The notes: generated by a model from the letters alone, not told the origin. A stretch of 57,021 nt of DNA, filler included, from Sphacelaria rigidula (GCA_964200075.2; 5 parts of 5 records of this genome joined end to end with filler, not necessarily neighbours in it); one strand, 5' to 3'. Positions 25,185-39,420 are shown, counted from the first letter of the whole stretch. Numbers and translations are program-made.

Positions 25185-28100
25185 CTACCAATGGTCGGCA
25201 TTTCCTACACAGCGCCATGTGCTTTGAACTAGCTCAAGGTCAACTACTGTACCTGTAGAACCGAGACCCCTTCCTTTGCCACCGCTCCTCTGACTGGACA
25301 CAGTGCTGCTGCTTGTCGAGCTGCTACTTGATCTGGGGCGCTGGTTCGTGCTGCTCGCGGCACTCTCCATGGACACCGACTTGTCCAGTTTTGCTACAGC
25401 CCAAATAGAGCGAGTGGGCGTGGCGTCTCTACGGCCCATGGCGGCGGCAGCACTGATGGCTGTAGCCACAGCCGGCGGCGATGCTGCGGGGTGTTGCCGT
25501 TGTTTTTCCTCTCGCCTTGGGCCCGGGGTGGCGGTGCCTTCTGTCCCGCGCCGTCTCGTGGGAGAGAAGTATTGCGAGGGCTGATCGGTTCCATTCGATT
25601 CCGTCCGCGCCGGTCGTATTTGGCTGCTTCGGGTACAAACGACAATGACAACGACAGTCGACGGAATCGCACGCGATTCAATCAACAGCCGAAACGCCTC
25701 CCCGTAAAAAATGAGCTACAGCACTACAGTTCCATGTACCCTGACTGTCTCGTTTAAAGCAATTCATGTTAAATCATTGATAAAAATCATCAGCGTATAT
25801 TCGAAACACCCCCCCTCCACCCTGCCGTCCTCTATCCAAACACAAGATACACACACTGGAAGATGACAAAACTCCGCCTCTTCGTGACGCACCTTCTGCG
25901 CTCTTCCACGCGTTTCGCCCCTTCTTTACCATTCCTGCTGCGGTGCTCTCTTTTGTGATATCTAGTTGTCACCGTTGCATTGGCGCTGGATGGCGGTGGG
26001 GACTGGTGGTGAGTCCTCTTCGGAACGGGAGATCTGCCTTTCCCCGCCCCGGGAGGTACATGATCTCGGGGCGGACAGTCTGTCAAGCGGGATGTCGAAG
26101 CTGAGTTAAAGACTTCCATGTCTCCTCTCTCCGAAGAATTCGCTCCGGGAGATTGGATGCCTTGTTTAGGAGTCGACGAGGAGTTACGAGGTTTATGCCG
26201 TTTTTTCGTCGGATTGCCGCTTCGCTTGATGAGATCCTGCACACGTCTGGCGTGATCGTTGAATGCGTGGTCTTCATCTGATGACGATGAGTCCTCTAGG
26301 CCGAACACCGCTTCGTATTTCTTCCTGTCGCCGATGTCAAGCTGGTCATCCCCCAACTCGCTCGGCGGTCTGCTTCAGACCAGACCAGACCAGACCAGAC
26401 CAGAAACACGGCACAAAAAAAAAGAGCGGACGTTTTCGCAAATTACAGCACGGAAGATCTTGAGCAACAACACGTGGCATGATCCGACAGCGACAAAGCA
26501 CTGACCCCAAGGGATAACCGGTTGCTGCACAAGACAAGATGTAAACTAGGCGGGTACCCGAAAAACAGACAGTGCTCGAGAGGCGGTTCGACTGTTTTCA
26601 AGAAGGCGTTTCTTCTCTCTGTTATGCATAAATCGGGACAGTGTTTGAACAAGTGGATGTATCATAGATCGCAACTCAAACGCAAGCCCTCTTCTGCTTG
26701 CTCCCCCACGCCCGTCCCCCCCTTTCCAGGTTAACAACGCTCAAACCACACCCGCGGTCGGAAGACATGAGCGGCAAATACAGAGCAACAAGAAGAGCAG
26801 CTTTTGCCGCTTCGCCGCGGATTTGATATTTTCACCTGGCACCATCTTCGCAGCTGGATTGTCCTCCCTGCGTCTTGGTCGGGCTGCTCAGTGGCGTATC
26901 CTGTACGCGCGCGGCAGCAATCAGACCAGCACAGCGTTGCAGCCGAATGATTCTTGATCGTTCACGGCAACAACACTACCGACATGTTCCAGGTGACATC
27001 ATCTGCGAGATCCAGCTGCTGGAGTGTAATGTACAAAAATCATGACAGCGTTGAACACCATTTCTCTTCTGGTTTTATTTTTTTTCGTCACTGCCAGCCC
27101 TTCCCTGCATGCGAGCGGTTTCGTAACCTCTGCCCTTTAGCGATCAGTTAATTCATCTCTGTCCTGGTACGCGCTGTACAAAATAGTACCAGTATCGATC
27201 ATTAGGTCGAACCTCTCGACCTCCGTCAACGTCAATCGGAGATAATTGTTGTCGACTCATCACATTCCCACGTATTCGAACGACGGATACCAACAAGAAC
27301 AAAACCAGAGCTGTTGGGATTCGGATCCGCGTTTGTCGCCCGAACCAGAGTTGCGGTTGGAGTACCAGTTGTAACACCGGGGGGGGCGGGTCCGGGCGGG
27401 GTGTACTCATGATAATACATGCCATAGTCGGTGGGAGGGGGAGGGGGCGTGCAAATTTGTTGCATTCCTTTGTCGTTTGACCATTGACCATGGACCCCTT
27501 TCGAGAGAGAGCACCCGGGGGGGGGGGGGGGGGAGGGCGACATTTCAAGGTACGACGCCCGACCAACGACAACCTCCAACTTTCAGATTAAGCTCAAATT
27601 TTGATGCCCCCAGTTTCCAGCTCAAATTTCCGACAACCTTCGCACCTGGTGGCGTCCAGGGCATATCCGAGCGATGATCTCACAGCCCCTTTTCACACCC
27701 ATTAACACCATTCTCTTCTAAGGTACAACACGGAGGACAGGGAAAACACACGGGCACCCTCCTTGATCGCCTATTGGTCCAATGTAGTGGTTCAAATCTG
27801 TTCAAGACTGAGTACTGCTGCAGTTCCACTGCTGGTACGTGACGCTCAAACAACAACATCAAAGGCTGTGAAAGGTCGCAAGGAAACACCACTCACAGTA
27901 TTACACTAGGGCGAGCTGAAGAAAAATGCTGAAAAAAAGTACACGACAAGGGCCCACTTTGAGGTCACCATCGGACTCGGGCAGCACGATTACCAAAACT
28001 CAAAGCCAAGAATATCATTGTTTCGCACGCCCAGCTGTCCGTCCTTCCAAGGGTGAATAGTACCCCTTTTCATTTGCCGTGAAACCCGCACCTTCACATG

Positions 28101-31070
28101 GTCCGGGCTATGCACCCGCACAACCGGCGGGGACCGCGACCCCCCCCTGCCAGGACGTGACTTTCCCCGAGATCCTCTGGAACCTTGTGAAGCAACGTCG
28201 GAGGACACCAACTGCTCCGGCATGGACGTCTTCGATGCAATCCCCCCTGCAACTCCCCCAAGCACATCACTACCGGCAAGATCAGAAGGTTCCTCTGGAA
28301 GCCACTGGTTTGTAGTGGACATATCAGCTGCAATCCAACGCGGTCGCATCGAAACATCTGTTGGCATGAGGGAAGGTGCCCCTTCTGACGGCGACAACCA
28401 ACTGCCCCGTCCGGGAGACATCGTGTCCTGGTATTCGCCGTGATGTTCACCCCCCTGTAACGGCACACGGGGATCGAATTTTGATTTTGAAAAATGGGAG
28501 GGGGGGCGAGGCAAGCTCACAAGCATCCAGCCGACTCAGGCCACGAGGAAATGCGGAGGTCAAACATGAAAAAAAAAGTATGAAGGAAAAAGATATAGAC
28601 GACTGGCGAAAACAAAGCACGACGTTTGCGTGTAGTGAGAGCTGCCGGCGTTGCATAGTCAGACGCCACCTTGTACAGTCAAGTACACTACGCTGTCGTG
28701 GCTGCTGCACGTGCTGTAGCGACAAGCTACTCTCTCCCCGCAGGGCTCACTTGGTCCCAACTGATACCGTTCCGACATGTACGGCTTGATAATCGAAGGA
28801 TCACTTGATAATCGAAGGATCACTTTTCACTTTCCACAACCATAAGTAGACAGACCTAAGTCATTGCAGCGACATACCAATGTGGGTGAGCCTACGAGTA
28901 GCCCGTGTACAGGACTCATCTATACTCGCGACGCTGGCAGCACATGGCACAGGGACCTGTACTTGTACTGCGTAGTGGAAGCCTTGACCCTTTCCCTCCC
29001 GCAAACCCACGTTTGAGTCATAAGTAAATACGCTGTTCCCTCTTCAACTGGACTTTCTCCGTGTCGGTCGCCAGAACTACGGCTATTTCATCATCAAAGG
29101 ACACGAGGTTAACAGCTTGAGCATCCATCCGTCTTTGGGACGACATGACTGCAACGGAATCACGGATCGTGTCTCGTGGACGATTCGGTTCCGACAAATC
29201 CGCCAGCTTGTCAACAATGTTGACTGCTTGCTTGTCGCAAATCGATTAATCACATCCGCTACAAATCCAGCCGCGATTGCAGTATCAACATCAACATCAG
29301 GGGAGCTAGAGGAGAGGGGGCAAGATGAAAATGAACAAAAAGAAACAGAAGTGACATGGAAACTGGACTAAAAATAGTGCGGGTCCTGACTGGAACTCCG
29401 GCAGGTCCCGTCGCCACCAAGATACAAGTAGGATGCCCACGCCTTCCGAAGCCGGTTGCGACTCAGCTATCTGGGGCAATGATTCCCGTATGCTTACTCT
29501 GCGTATCAGATGGGCACTTTATCGCTCACCCTCGGTGTCGATAAGGACCGTTCAGGGGGACTTCCAGCGGTCCTCTGTAAGGAGGGGCGGGACGTGTCTC
29601 GTTGGCGTCCATGGTAATTTGTTTCGTTGTTTGCGTCATACATTGATACTTGATGTGTAACGAAAATGTTAGGTTGAATGGTTGAATGCGCTATTGGGAT
29701 TTCGTCGAAGTTATCCTGACAAGGAATCACCAACTGTTCAAGCAGACACGCACAAAATTTGGCATAATTACTCGCGCATGTTCATGTATAGTCGAGGATA
29801 ATATAGTCGGCAGATCATACAGTGGGGATCTCGATGTGCAGGCTGCATGCAAAAAACGGGACATGAGGATGTACGCCTTACTTGGTATTCATTCCCTATC
29901 TCCCTGTTCTCCGCATCATCACGATCCTCCACGTTCCCAAGCACACTCGCACCCCCTGGGGCAGGAGGCGATGTTGTAAATTGCGCATTGTCCTCCAACA
30001 ACAAGTAAGGGTCATTTCCCCCAACGGTGCTGCCTTGAAATTGTGATCCAGCCATTTCGCCAATCCAGACAGGACGGACGGACTCCAGCTCATCCCGGAA
30101 ATGCGCAACATCGCGGTCATTGATGTTGTTCGTATCGTTGGAAGGGTACCCGCCATTCGACGACGGTAGAGTGGAGAAGGTGGGGCTGCTGCTGCTTGGT
30201 CGCGCACGGCTTTCGGTCTCTCGTCCACCAGGCGATGACTTCACCTGTTGAGTGTCGCGGCATTACATACATCAACCAGTCCGTACGACGTGATTTATCG
30301 TAGGTAATGAAGCAAAATTCGTGTCCAAGTGATGATAGCGTCAACTATGCAACCACAACAGGTAGAAACGTATTCCTGCAAAAGAGAACGCGCCATGGCT
30401 AACCGCGTGATTATGGAAGCAAATGGGGCTACTCGAGGTCGTGGTCGGTCGGGTGTCAAGTGCTGCTAGACTGGCATGTGCACCGAGGGAAGCAAGCACT
30501 CCGTGACCTGCATTTGCCCATCAGCGATAATTCGGGTAGACCGTTTGATTTTGTTCGAGTTTGGGGATACTCAATGGATAGGCACACCGCACATGTGTAT
30601 ATGTGTCTTCGTAACGTAACCGCTCTTTATAAGCATACATGCATATATACATCAAGTGTGCACATGTGCTCACTGGAATCGCAAGCAACAGCATCAACTG
30701 ATCTGGATTGACTGATTCTCACACAAACGATATAAAAAATCCAGCTCATGGTTACATGAGTAACGAGGCTAAGCAAATGCTGCAGCGTCCTGAGCGAAAA
30801 AAGGCAGAGTTCTGAAAATAAACACACACAAAGACTGTACGAGACAGTGACAGACAAAAATATCACGCCAGTTAACTCTCGATAGATCATATCAACATAA
30901 AAACATGACAACGATGATGAATGACATTCATATCGAACATCAAACATCAATTTTCGCCCACCCCAAGTATTTGATACATCATCAACTACATCTGCAGCAT
31001 TCCGCAAAACCATTTCATGGTCAAAAGCCATCGCTACCGCAACCAGCTCCAAATGGCGAGAATCGACTCA
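25185..31070 (-). CDS. Probable multi-exon gene or pseudogene for a Ser/Pro/Gly-rich low-complexity protein, function unknown, model incomplete
   Basis: Open GC-rich blocks with AG/GT bounds and phase 0-0: 30244-29882, 29574-29530, 28454-28092; also ~26373-25893 and ~25560-25185. No recognisable domain; some intervening blocks contain stops. Confidence 0.4.
27430..27537 (-). mobile_element. LINE-like family A 3' fragment embedded in a poly-C tract
   Basis: Reverse complement: poly-C, GGTGCTCTCTCTCGAAAGGGGTCCATGGTCAATGGTCAAACGACAAAGGAATGCAACAAAT, then CGCCCCCTCCCCC. Confidence 0.7.
28785..28822. repeat. Perfect 19-bp tandem duplication
   Basis: CTTGATAATCGAAGGATCA x2. Confidence 0.9.
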
Positions 31071-31295
31071 AAACGAACACTTCGCAATTCAAATACTTGA
31101 GGCTAGGTCTAGCCCTAGGGTTTGCTCTCAGTTCAGGGTCGGTGTAAGAGCCGTTTTCAGGGTGACAGTTTGGAAATTGGCATTCCTCTTTGCCCTTGCG
31201 CAACTGATGGGTTGCAACACAGACGTCAAAACGCGGAGCAGGATGAACGTCAACACATCTTGAACGCGTGGAAAACATGAGGCGAGGAAGCTGTA

Positions 31296-31335
31296 CGACA
31301 GACGTGGGTATACATCGACAGACGTGGGTATACAT
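31296..31335. repeat. Perfect 20-bp tandem duplication
   Basis: CGACAGACGTGGGTATACAT x2. Confidence 0.9.
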
Positions 31336-34173
31336 CTCTTTGGTTTTCAACGAGAAAAATGACAGAAGCTCGTACTGCCAAAATCGATCTCGAATTTACG
31401 CACATGCTCGACGACGAACTACAACACAAATCCCGGGAGCTCTTTTCGTGAAACCCTGAAGTGCGACACAAACTACCCACGTGAAACCAACGAGTGCGCG
31501 TTGCCAAATAAAACAAGGCGAAGAAAACACGAGAGTGGATGAGGTTCGACTGACGCAGGGATGCACGTTATTTCTGGAGGGTTTGATATCGTGCTTGGGC
31601 AACCCAAGCAAAATATATGTCGTTGTGCGTACCGGCGGTTCATGCTTGCGCGCCGCAACGCGGGCAGAACTCTCCCTGCTTCGACTCCTGCTCCTACTCC
31701 TGCTCCTATTCCCCCGCTTGCCGTCCAAGCTCGCCGCAGAGCCAGCTTCCGCGGATTGGCCAACCCCACTTGCCGGTGCAATATCAAATCCTGCTCACAT
31801 ATATATATGCAATCAATTGTCGAATGGGATTAATTTAAACGGCCAAGCGGATACATACTGATCATTTGGCAGCAAGTTCCTTGCTCAAGGTACGGCGAAT
31901 GCGACGGGGGCATGGCCTCGAGCTCAGACTAGGAAGCACTTCACGTACGTCCCGGACACGCCAAATTCGTAGTAACTCCCGCCACGTGCAACCGTCGGTA
32001 CACATGAAACACAAATGCGCCGCTCACGTATCGTGGACTCAGCATCGTGGACCCTACTGATCAACAAATTCAACCCCTCCCCTTCCTCAGGGCCTCCGGC
32101 CTCGGGGAATCGACCCGTGGATGACGACAAATGCACATTACGGTTTGGGTTTCAAGGCACCCAACTCCCACCACGCGTCACTTATTACCACAGCGTAGTT
32201 CGGATGAATGCCCTACCCACGTACACGGCGCGGGTGCTAGCCCCACCACCGCGCATAGCCCAGGTTTAAATCCTATCCACGTAGGTATCCCAAACGACGA
32301 GGAAAAAATCTGCAGTAGTACTAACGGAACAGCGCAGTGCAGTATACACAGTGCATGCAGACACTAGTAGTATTTACGCTAATGGAGTTCCGCTATTTGA
32401 CCGGCGGGGGACATTCCCAGTAAACAGGGAGAGAGGGCGTTGTGGAAATGAGGTGCAATGTGCCGTTGTCCGAATCGCCCTTTCATGTCGGGAGAGACGT
32501 CTGTCGGCAGTGAGACGAGACTCAGCAGGATCAAGCACCAGGGCCCTATTATAGAATGGTCCACGATACGCCCTGGTACTGCCGTTCTCTAGCAAAGAGA
32601 GCAAACATCCATGGCAGCTTTCACGCAATCTATTTCTGGTCGTATGCCTTGTCCATGTATCCTTGCGCAAATCGGTGATTAGTCGACCGCGCGTCACGCA
32701 CACAGCAGCGATCACGACGACCAATAAACACCTCGATAGCTCACCTGACTTCGCTTCAACGAAGTCAATGTTCGTCCGAATCTTTCGGCGGCTGGTACAG
32801 CAAAAAAACATGAGGACGCCGGCCTGGCTGGCCCCAGTTACGTGGTGTAGCGTGCTGCACGGTTGTGCGATGCCGATACAGATCCGACACGTTTGCCCTG
32901 AAAATAAAAAAAGTAGAGGGAACAAAGCACACCACCAGGCACGGTTCACCGAAGGGTCAGTATAGAAAATGGAGAGCGCAAGTAAAACGACCAAGGAGGG
33001 GGTAAAATAATATAAAATGAGCTAGTCGAATCAAGCAGAGGGCACTCAACGTATCAAAACGGCCAGCACACTTGACGTGTTACCAATACGGCGAGAGGAG
33101 GAGGGCTAAAAAAAGTGCAGTAGAAGGGGCATATACACGGCGTGATGCCGAATGACTGATTGCGGCGGACAAATAAAGCTCTGGTGCATGGGTCAGGTAT
33201 TTCAGTCACCGGACAGGAAGAACCTGCGAGGCTCCTGACGGGGTAGCGTAGAGCACCAGCTGTCGTGGCATTACCGCTGTTGTGTCGTGAAATAGTGCCC
33301 ATGTGTTCCCGCCCTTATGCGCGGAACACAAGAGATATTCAATCTTCAATTATTATATGATGGGGAGAGGGGGTTGTGTTTTCAATGAGCTGAATTGTAG
33401 TGTACATTGTTCAGGACTTCGCACGGCAATACCCACGTGTTAATCGCTCTTAGCACTCACGACATGTCACGTACAGGGTATCCTCCAGACCTGTTCCTGC
33501 CGCTTCATTTTCGAAATCCTATCCAAGTGTTAACTTTGGTCTTTCATCACATCATCCGTGACAACGCCTGTGGTTTCACTTGTGCGACATCTCATTCCAT
33601 TCACAGTACAGAGTTACCCCTTTTCAATAATATGGAGGCGATTTCATGCAATCTCGAGTTGTGGCGCGGGGGTTACATTTGAAACAGTCATGCTCGTGTG
33701 GCGTAGAATGTGCACTCTTTAAAGGAACACACGTCCCGGGAGAAGGGCGTGCCCCGTAAGCACGGGAAGCTGGCGATGTAGACCACGTCCAGAGCAAACG
33801 ACGCGAGCCGTGAAAAAAAAAAAAAACGGTATCTTACACCATTTCATATGAAACAGCCTGCCTTTGCCTGTCCAGCAAAAACTGGCCCATAGAATGCAAC
33901 GCAATAGGTTTCGGCGCACACACGGAAACACACCGCTCTGGATTCTGTCTTGTTCTCGACAAGCACTGCGATCGAAACAATTGTGTGCCGCCGCATTTAA
34001 CCCATCACGACACCTCAAATAAGGTTAGGGTTAGGGCTGACACCTCGAATTCCAAATGAAATTGTGAACATACGCACCCTAGATGCCCTAAAAATATGAA
34101 ACCGACGCCCGGATGGGTAGGGTGACTCGTGTACAGAGTCGAGCTAGGGGACATTGTAGGAGGTTTGGTCGGT

Positions 34174-34273
34174 NNNNNNNNNNNNNNNNNNNNNNNNNNN
34201 NNNNNNNNNNNNNNNNNTTAATTAATTAANNNNNNNNNNNNNNNNNNNNNNNNNNNNNNNNNNNNNNNNNNNN
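34174..34273. other. Artificial contig spacer
   Basis: N44-TTAATTAATTAA-N44. Confidence 0.97.
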
Positions 34274-36720
34274 AGATTCGTTAGGAGCCCCTGAACCAGA
34301 CAAAATTTCGCGAAAAAAGTGCACCCCTACCGTAGCACTGCTCTTCAAGTCCAGCTGGTGTCGGTAAACGGGGCGAAACGGGTACAGAGGTTTCACTTCA
34401 TTTTGAGGTGCAGTGCAAATCGCTCATTTCCGCTGCATTGCACAGCAGAAATCGGGCTTACAGTAGTAGGTGTTGCATCGAAGAATATAGCAAAGCTGGA
34501 AAGAGCAACACAACAGCTGTTGCATGGAAAGATTTAGTAAAGCAGTATAGAGAGTCAGGCAATCCTAGCATCCACCGTGACTCTACTCATTCAGGTCTAC
34601 ACGACAAGATTTTACCCTTATATAGAGTAACAGTATCCAATCGTATTACCGTGCACATATCATCGCCGTTGATACTCAAAATTTTGTATCGCTTCTTCTC
34701 TTTCCCATTCGAGCCGCCCTCGGAGGCGGGAGTGGAAAATGCAGCAGGTAACATGACATGTTTGGTGTATGCCGCTAAAATATCACGGAGTTGATTCTTG
34801 TATCGAGTAACGGCGGGGGTCTGGTGAAGCTGTGCTGGTTAGGAACAACCACAACAGTATCGAACCGCGTGACAACTGTAGTGAACGATATATATATTCA
34901 GCGTCGCGTAATAAATCGGTACCCACATTGTAGTTTCTCGGCCATTGTACTGTATGTTAGCTTTGTTCCGCAGCACACGAATGATCACGTTGGGAGCAAG
35001 CAAATGCCGAACGACTGACAGAAGTACGCAAGCATCGGTGCAAACGTTTGTGCAATACGAAATCCAGCAGTAGTACAGTACAGTACAACACAGTACAGTC
35101 GCTTGAATCCTAGACGGTGGTGCGGGTAGTCCATCTGCGTTATGCATACTTTTCCCCAGTGGATACTGATGCCAACTCAGCAGGTGACCTACCCTCGTGG
35201 TCAACGGGTTAATACTCACAACCATAGCGTGGCTTACAGTCCCCCCTCTGCGCGGTGTATAGAGCAGCATTGTTTGTTTCACTTACATCCCTGGGTGTCA
35301 AGGGTCATCACCTCAACGTTTTCATTGCTGTGTGCGAGTTTCACATTTCGATCCCGTGCAATCACCCGTGAGGGCAAGTTATTCTTTCAAGGCGTAAGGG
35401 AGATCATTTGTCACATCTGAAAACCTGCCTCATTTATATGGCAATGTGTATAGGGCTTACTCAATGCATGGTGACCGAAAATTTGGCTCGAGTGGGTCGA
35501 TTTTTAGCGACATGAGGTAATATCTCGTGGAACAGTAAGGCACGATTAAGATGTAGGAAGATGATGAGGGATAACTGGTAGCATTCAAATGACAACAGTG
35601 CGTCGCATCAGGTTATAGGAAGATGGGGTATCAGCCTGGGTCGTGCACTGTGCAAGCGTTGAGCAAAACTAATGTTTCGTGACAAGATGCACACAGCAGA
35701 CGGCCTGCTGTCTTACAAATTCAACAGCAATAGACAGTACGGAAGTACATCAAAAGTTTGATTCAAACAGCATGGTGTAGGGTATCTCCGATTTTGAACA
35801 GGGCACAGCAAGCTCCAAATCAAGCAGGCAGCATTGCAACGGCAGCCCTGCACCCCAGGATATAGATATACATGTGTGCGCTTATTGCAGACACGAGATG
35901 CCACAGAAACGCGGCTTCGAGTGGCCAAGAATAAGCGCTGTATGTATGCAGTAACTTGACTCAAAGCGACAGCATCAGCGCATCTGTTCGGTATATCTCG
36001 GGCTGCACAATCAGTCCCACGTTTCACGGTAGCGAGTGACGGTTCATGAATTCAAATCTAACCCACATGCAACATGGGCTAAACGTCATACCCACGTCAT
36101 CCAGAAACTGTGAAATCACTTCAAGCGGGTAACCCGGTGTTATCAGTATCAGCCGTCATTTCATTCCCCTGCATAGGTTACAGCTTGTTATAGACGCGTT
36201 ATGGTCGTGCACAGATGCTGTAGAAATGTGGCTTCGCGAGATTAACACTGCATGCATGCGGTAGCTTGACTCGGTCAGTTGAATTTTCAAAATTTCGAAT
36301 CATCCGCAATTATTCTGTAAAATGTATCTACGGATATGTATTGTCTGTGTACAACATGCGGACGTCGGGACAGCTGACTTTGCTGAGCTTCCCTGCGGAG
36401 ACACGGTCTGTAGACATTACATGAGCTAACTTGCATCACGAGCTGAAATGCGGGTAACTGCTGCAGCAACCTCCCCAGCTTGACCACCCATATGCTTGCA
36501 TGGACGTGAGGGTGTCACATATCATCGCTGGCCATTTGGTGCGCTGCTACGCACTCCCAGACGTCAACACGATTATCACATGAAGCGAAGAACGGCATTG
36601 CACCTCAACCTTTTATTGTATAAGGACTGAAGCCTCACGTCAACTGATGTTTCGTTAGCACGAGCACTTCGCAAATCGTAGGAAGGAGTGATCATACGTC
36701 ACGGATGACAACATTCAACA

Positions 36721-36970
36721 CAATAGTCCCGGTTGGAAGCACCATGATACAAACGAACGACAGTCTCCAGTTGTTGTCAACATTTGCTTAACTCTACAGT
36801 GCAGATTGATCACTGAACTAGGCAAATAACAAAAATTAGGTCAACGAGTACGAAATTTCACTATCTCGGGTGGGACCTTTCATTCTACTTATTTGACTGC
36901 CATCCACTTGTGCACGAGTTCGTTCATATTCATTTACTACAGGTCGATCCTTTCACATCTGTACATAAAG
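36721..36970 (+). repeat. ~250-bp diverged direct repeat, copy 1 (copy 2 at 45172-45422)
   Basis: Shared blocks CCATGATACAA, CAGTCTCCA, CTTAACTCTACAGTGCAG, GATCACTGAACTAGGCAAA, TGTGCACGAGTTCGTT, ATTCATTTACTACAGGTCGATCC. Confidence 0.9.
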
Positions 36971-37124
36971 TACTCAAGCTCCAAACCGTCTCATCGTTAT
37001 TCTTGTAACAATCGTAAGCTCACAGCACGTGGGGAGACAGTCCAACGCAGTACAGTACACGTCGATCGTCAGGATATCTTTGTTCCAAGCTTCAGGTGAT
37101 TCGATTTCTTTTGTTCCTTGGTAG

Positions 37125-37390
37125 TGTTGACACCAGAGCCTTCTCGAGAAGTTCTGAACACCAGGGCATCATAGCATTGCACCGATTCTTAGAAAGAATC
37201 GGATTCAACCAGATGTAAGAGGCATGTTCATGTACTCCGTATCTTGACGGATTACTTAACATCCTCACCCCTGACCGCAGGTACTAGCCAGTTCCCGCGA
37301 TCAGCCCTCCGGGCGCACACCTTTGTTCCGAATCAACGGCCCATCATTATACTATCCCCCCTCCACCGCATCACGCCGCGATCCGTAACA
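37125..37390 (-). repeat. Putative 3' LTR (~266 bp)
   Basis: On minus begins TGTTACGG at 37390 right after purine tract GAGGGAGGG; ends ...GTCAACA at 37125 (TGTT/AACA termini). Distal boundary uncertain, no partner LTR present. Confidence 0.55.
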
Positions 37391-37516
37391 CCCTCCCTCA
37401 GTCCTAGGATTGGAAACCCTGGAACTGACGTGATTTACACAATGGATCACCGCGTTACCATGTCCCTCTTCCGAGTGCTCAGCGTCGGGATGTGTAGCCG
37501 TCGATCTTGATAATCG

Positions 37517-37657
37517 TTCTGCCGGGTTAGACCACGTAGGGAATTTAAACACCGTGCAGGACGATCCCTTCCAGTCCGGAAGCGTCCTTGATCTTGTTGA
37601 CTGCTCTGCCGGGTTAGACCACGTAGGGAATTTAAACACCGTGCAGAACGATCCCTT
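37517..37657. repeat. ~55-bp duplicated segment in the element's 3' UTR
   Basis: TCTGCCGGGTTAGACCACGTAGGGAATTTAAACACCGTGCAG(G/A)ACGATCCCTT twice, ~88 bp apart. Confidence 0.9.
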
Positions 37658-37664
37658 TTCCCCA

Positions 37665-39420
37665 CTAATTAGATCCTGAACCGGCTCTGGTACCCTGTTC
37701 CTTCACCGCATTTTTCCGCACCTCCGACGGCGTCATCTCTTCCCAATCTCCATCCTCATACTTGATACGGTAATACGGCTGACGGAAGTCGAACACTTCC
37801 CCGTTGAACTCTTGCCGCTCACCTTGGTTGTCCACAAACTGTTTAGTCCCTCGAGGAATGAGTCGCAAAGCTTCATCCCGAGCAAAAGAGTCTCTTTCCG
37901 CTCGAGATGGGTTAACGGATGAGCTCGGTTTGGTTTGCGGGTTATATAGTTCCCACAAAGCATGAAACACGTCCAACTGTAGCCCAGTGAAACTGTCCAT
38001 AACTTCCTCCTCTGAAAGCCGGTGAGACTTGGTTCCGTCATTAAACAACCCCCGATAGGCCCACTCCCAGGACGATCCTGATCCCAACACCATTTTCCTA
38101 TCTGTCAATGTATACAGTTGCGGAACGGTCGTGATCTCCTCAGCCAACCCCAAATCATCCCCCCACACTAACTGAGAGTATTCGTCGGGAAACGGATGCC
38201 GCAGCTGTTCAGGGCGCACGTGAAATTTCTTCACATTGGCTGCCGAGACCGTCCGTTCACGTACCTTACGTCCTTGCATACTGACCTTAAGGCTGAGACC
38301 GGGTATCACCACTTACTTGCTGTATCTTCCATTGCCCCGTCCACAAGTCGTGCACTAGTTTAGCTGGCACATTTTCTTGTACGAGGGAGCTGTCGGATTG
38401 TTTCACCAACACTAGATCCCCTACCTGAGCTCGCGACCCTGCTGACTGGCGGGCCAACTCGGCGTTTCGAGCCAACCGTACTACCTCCCTTTTCTTGTGG
38501 CGTTGGGTCAACAGCTCGCGAACCTCCTTCAAGTTCTGGCGTTGTTGTTCCACCCTGTTATTCAACGGTGGAGATTCCGCCTCGGGTGACACCGCGTCTA
38601 ATTGGGTGCGTGGCTCGCGCCCAAAAAGCAGCTTGAATGGAGTCGGGCTGTTAGGCAATGCTAGATCGGGAGTAGTACGGTGAATCCACACAGCGGGGTC
38701 TACATACTCATCCCACCTTTCCGGCCATTGCTTACAGAGCTCGGCTAAAACGTCGTGCAACCGTCCACCGTACCGTTCCACCGCGCCTTGACCGCGAGGG
38801 TGCTCTGCGGGCATGATCCAGCTTCACCTTCATCCACCGGCATAAATGGTTCACTACTTCCGACGTGAACTCCCCCCCAGCGTCACTCCTTAAAAAATAG
38901 GGTACCCCGAACGTCAAGAAAAGCTTCAACAGACATTTCGCGACGGGCACCGTAAGCTTGGCAGCCAGTGGAGAAGCAAAGAGGACCTTGGTTGCTCGAT
39001 CCACGATTATCAGCAAGTACCGGTTACCTGAGGCGGAAACTTGCTTCATGTCTGATATGTCCATCTCTAACACTTCCCATGCCCGCAGGAATCGTGCGGG
39101 TCGCATCGCTAAGGTGTGACTGTTGGTACGCTTGCGCCGGCGACATCCACACGACAACACGTATTTGCGGGTATCGGCAAAACGACCAGGCCATTCGTAC
39201 CGTGCGTTGACTACCGCAGTCGTCCTCATTACCCCAGCATGCCCGTGCATAGTGTGTACCCACGCAAGCAGGCCTGGCACTAAGCTGCGTGGGATAGCTA
39301 GTTTGGCTGGCTCCTTAGGGGAGGTGTACCATAACAGATTATTCTCGTCTAGCACGTACGCATCCCGCCTCTTACCAACTCCTTCGTCCTTAGACCTGCC
39401 CTTCAACCGATCCCTGATGG
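37665..39420 (-). pseudogene. Gypsy integrase (HHCC, DDE, GPY/F-like) with chromo-like and Tudor-like C-terminal extension, frameshifted
   Basis: ORFs 38732-40090, 38287-38814, 37665-38312: HTMHGHAG...SCGC, WEVLEMDI, LRSDAGGEF, HPRGQGAVER, WTGQWKI; C-terminus FNGEVFDFRQPYYRIKYEDGDWEEMTPSEV. Confidence 0.88.

Noticed and set aside
34021-34037. Telomere-like GGTTAGGGTTAGGG
   Set aside because: Only about two units and internal; too short to call a telomere.
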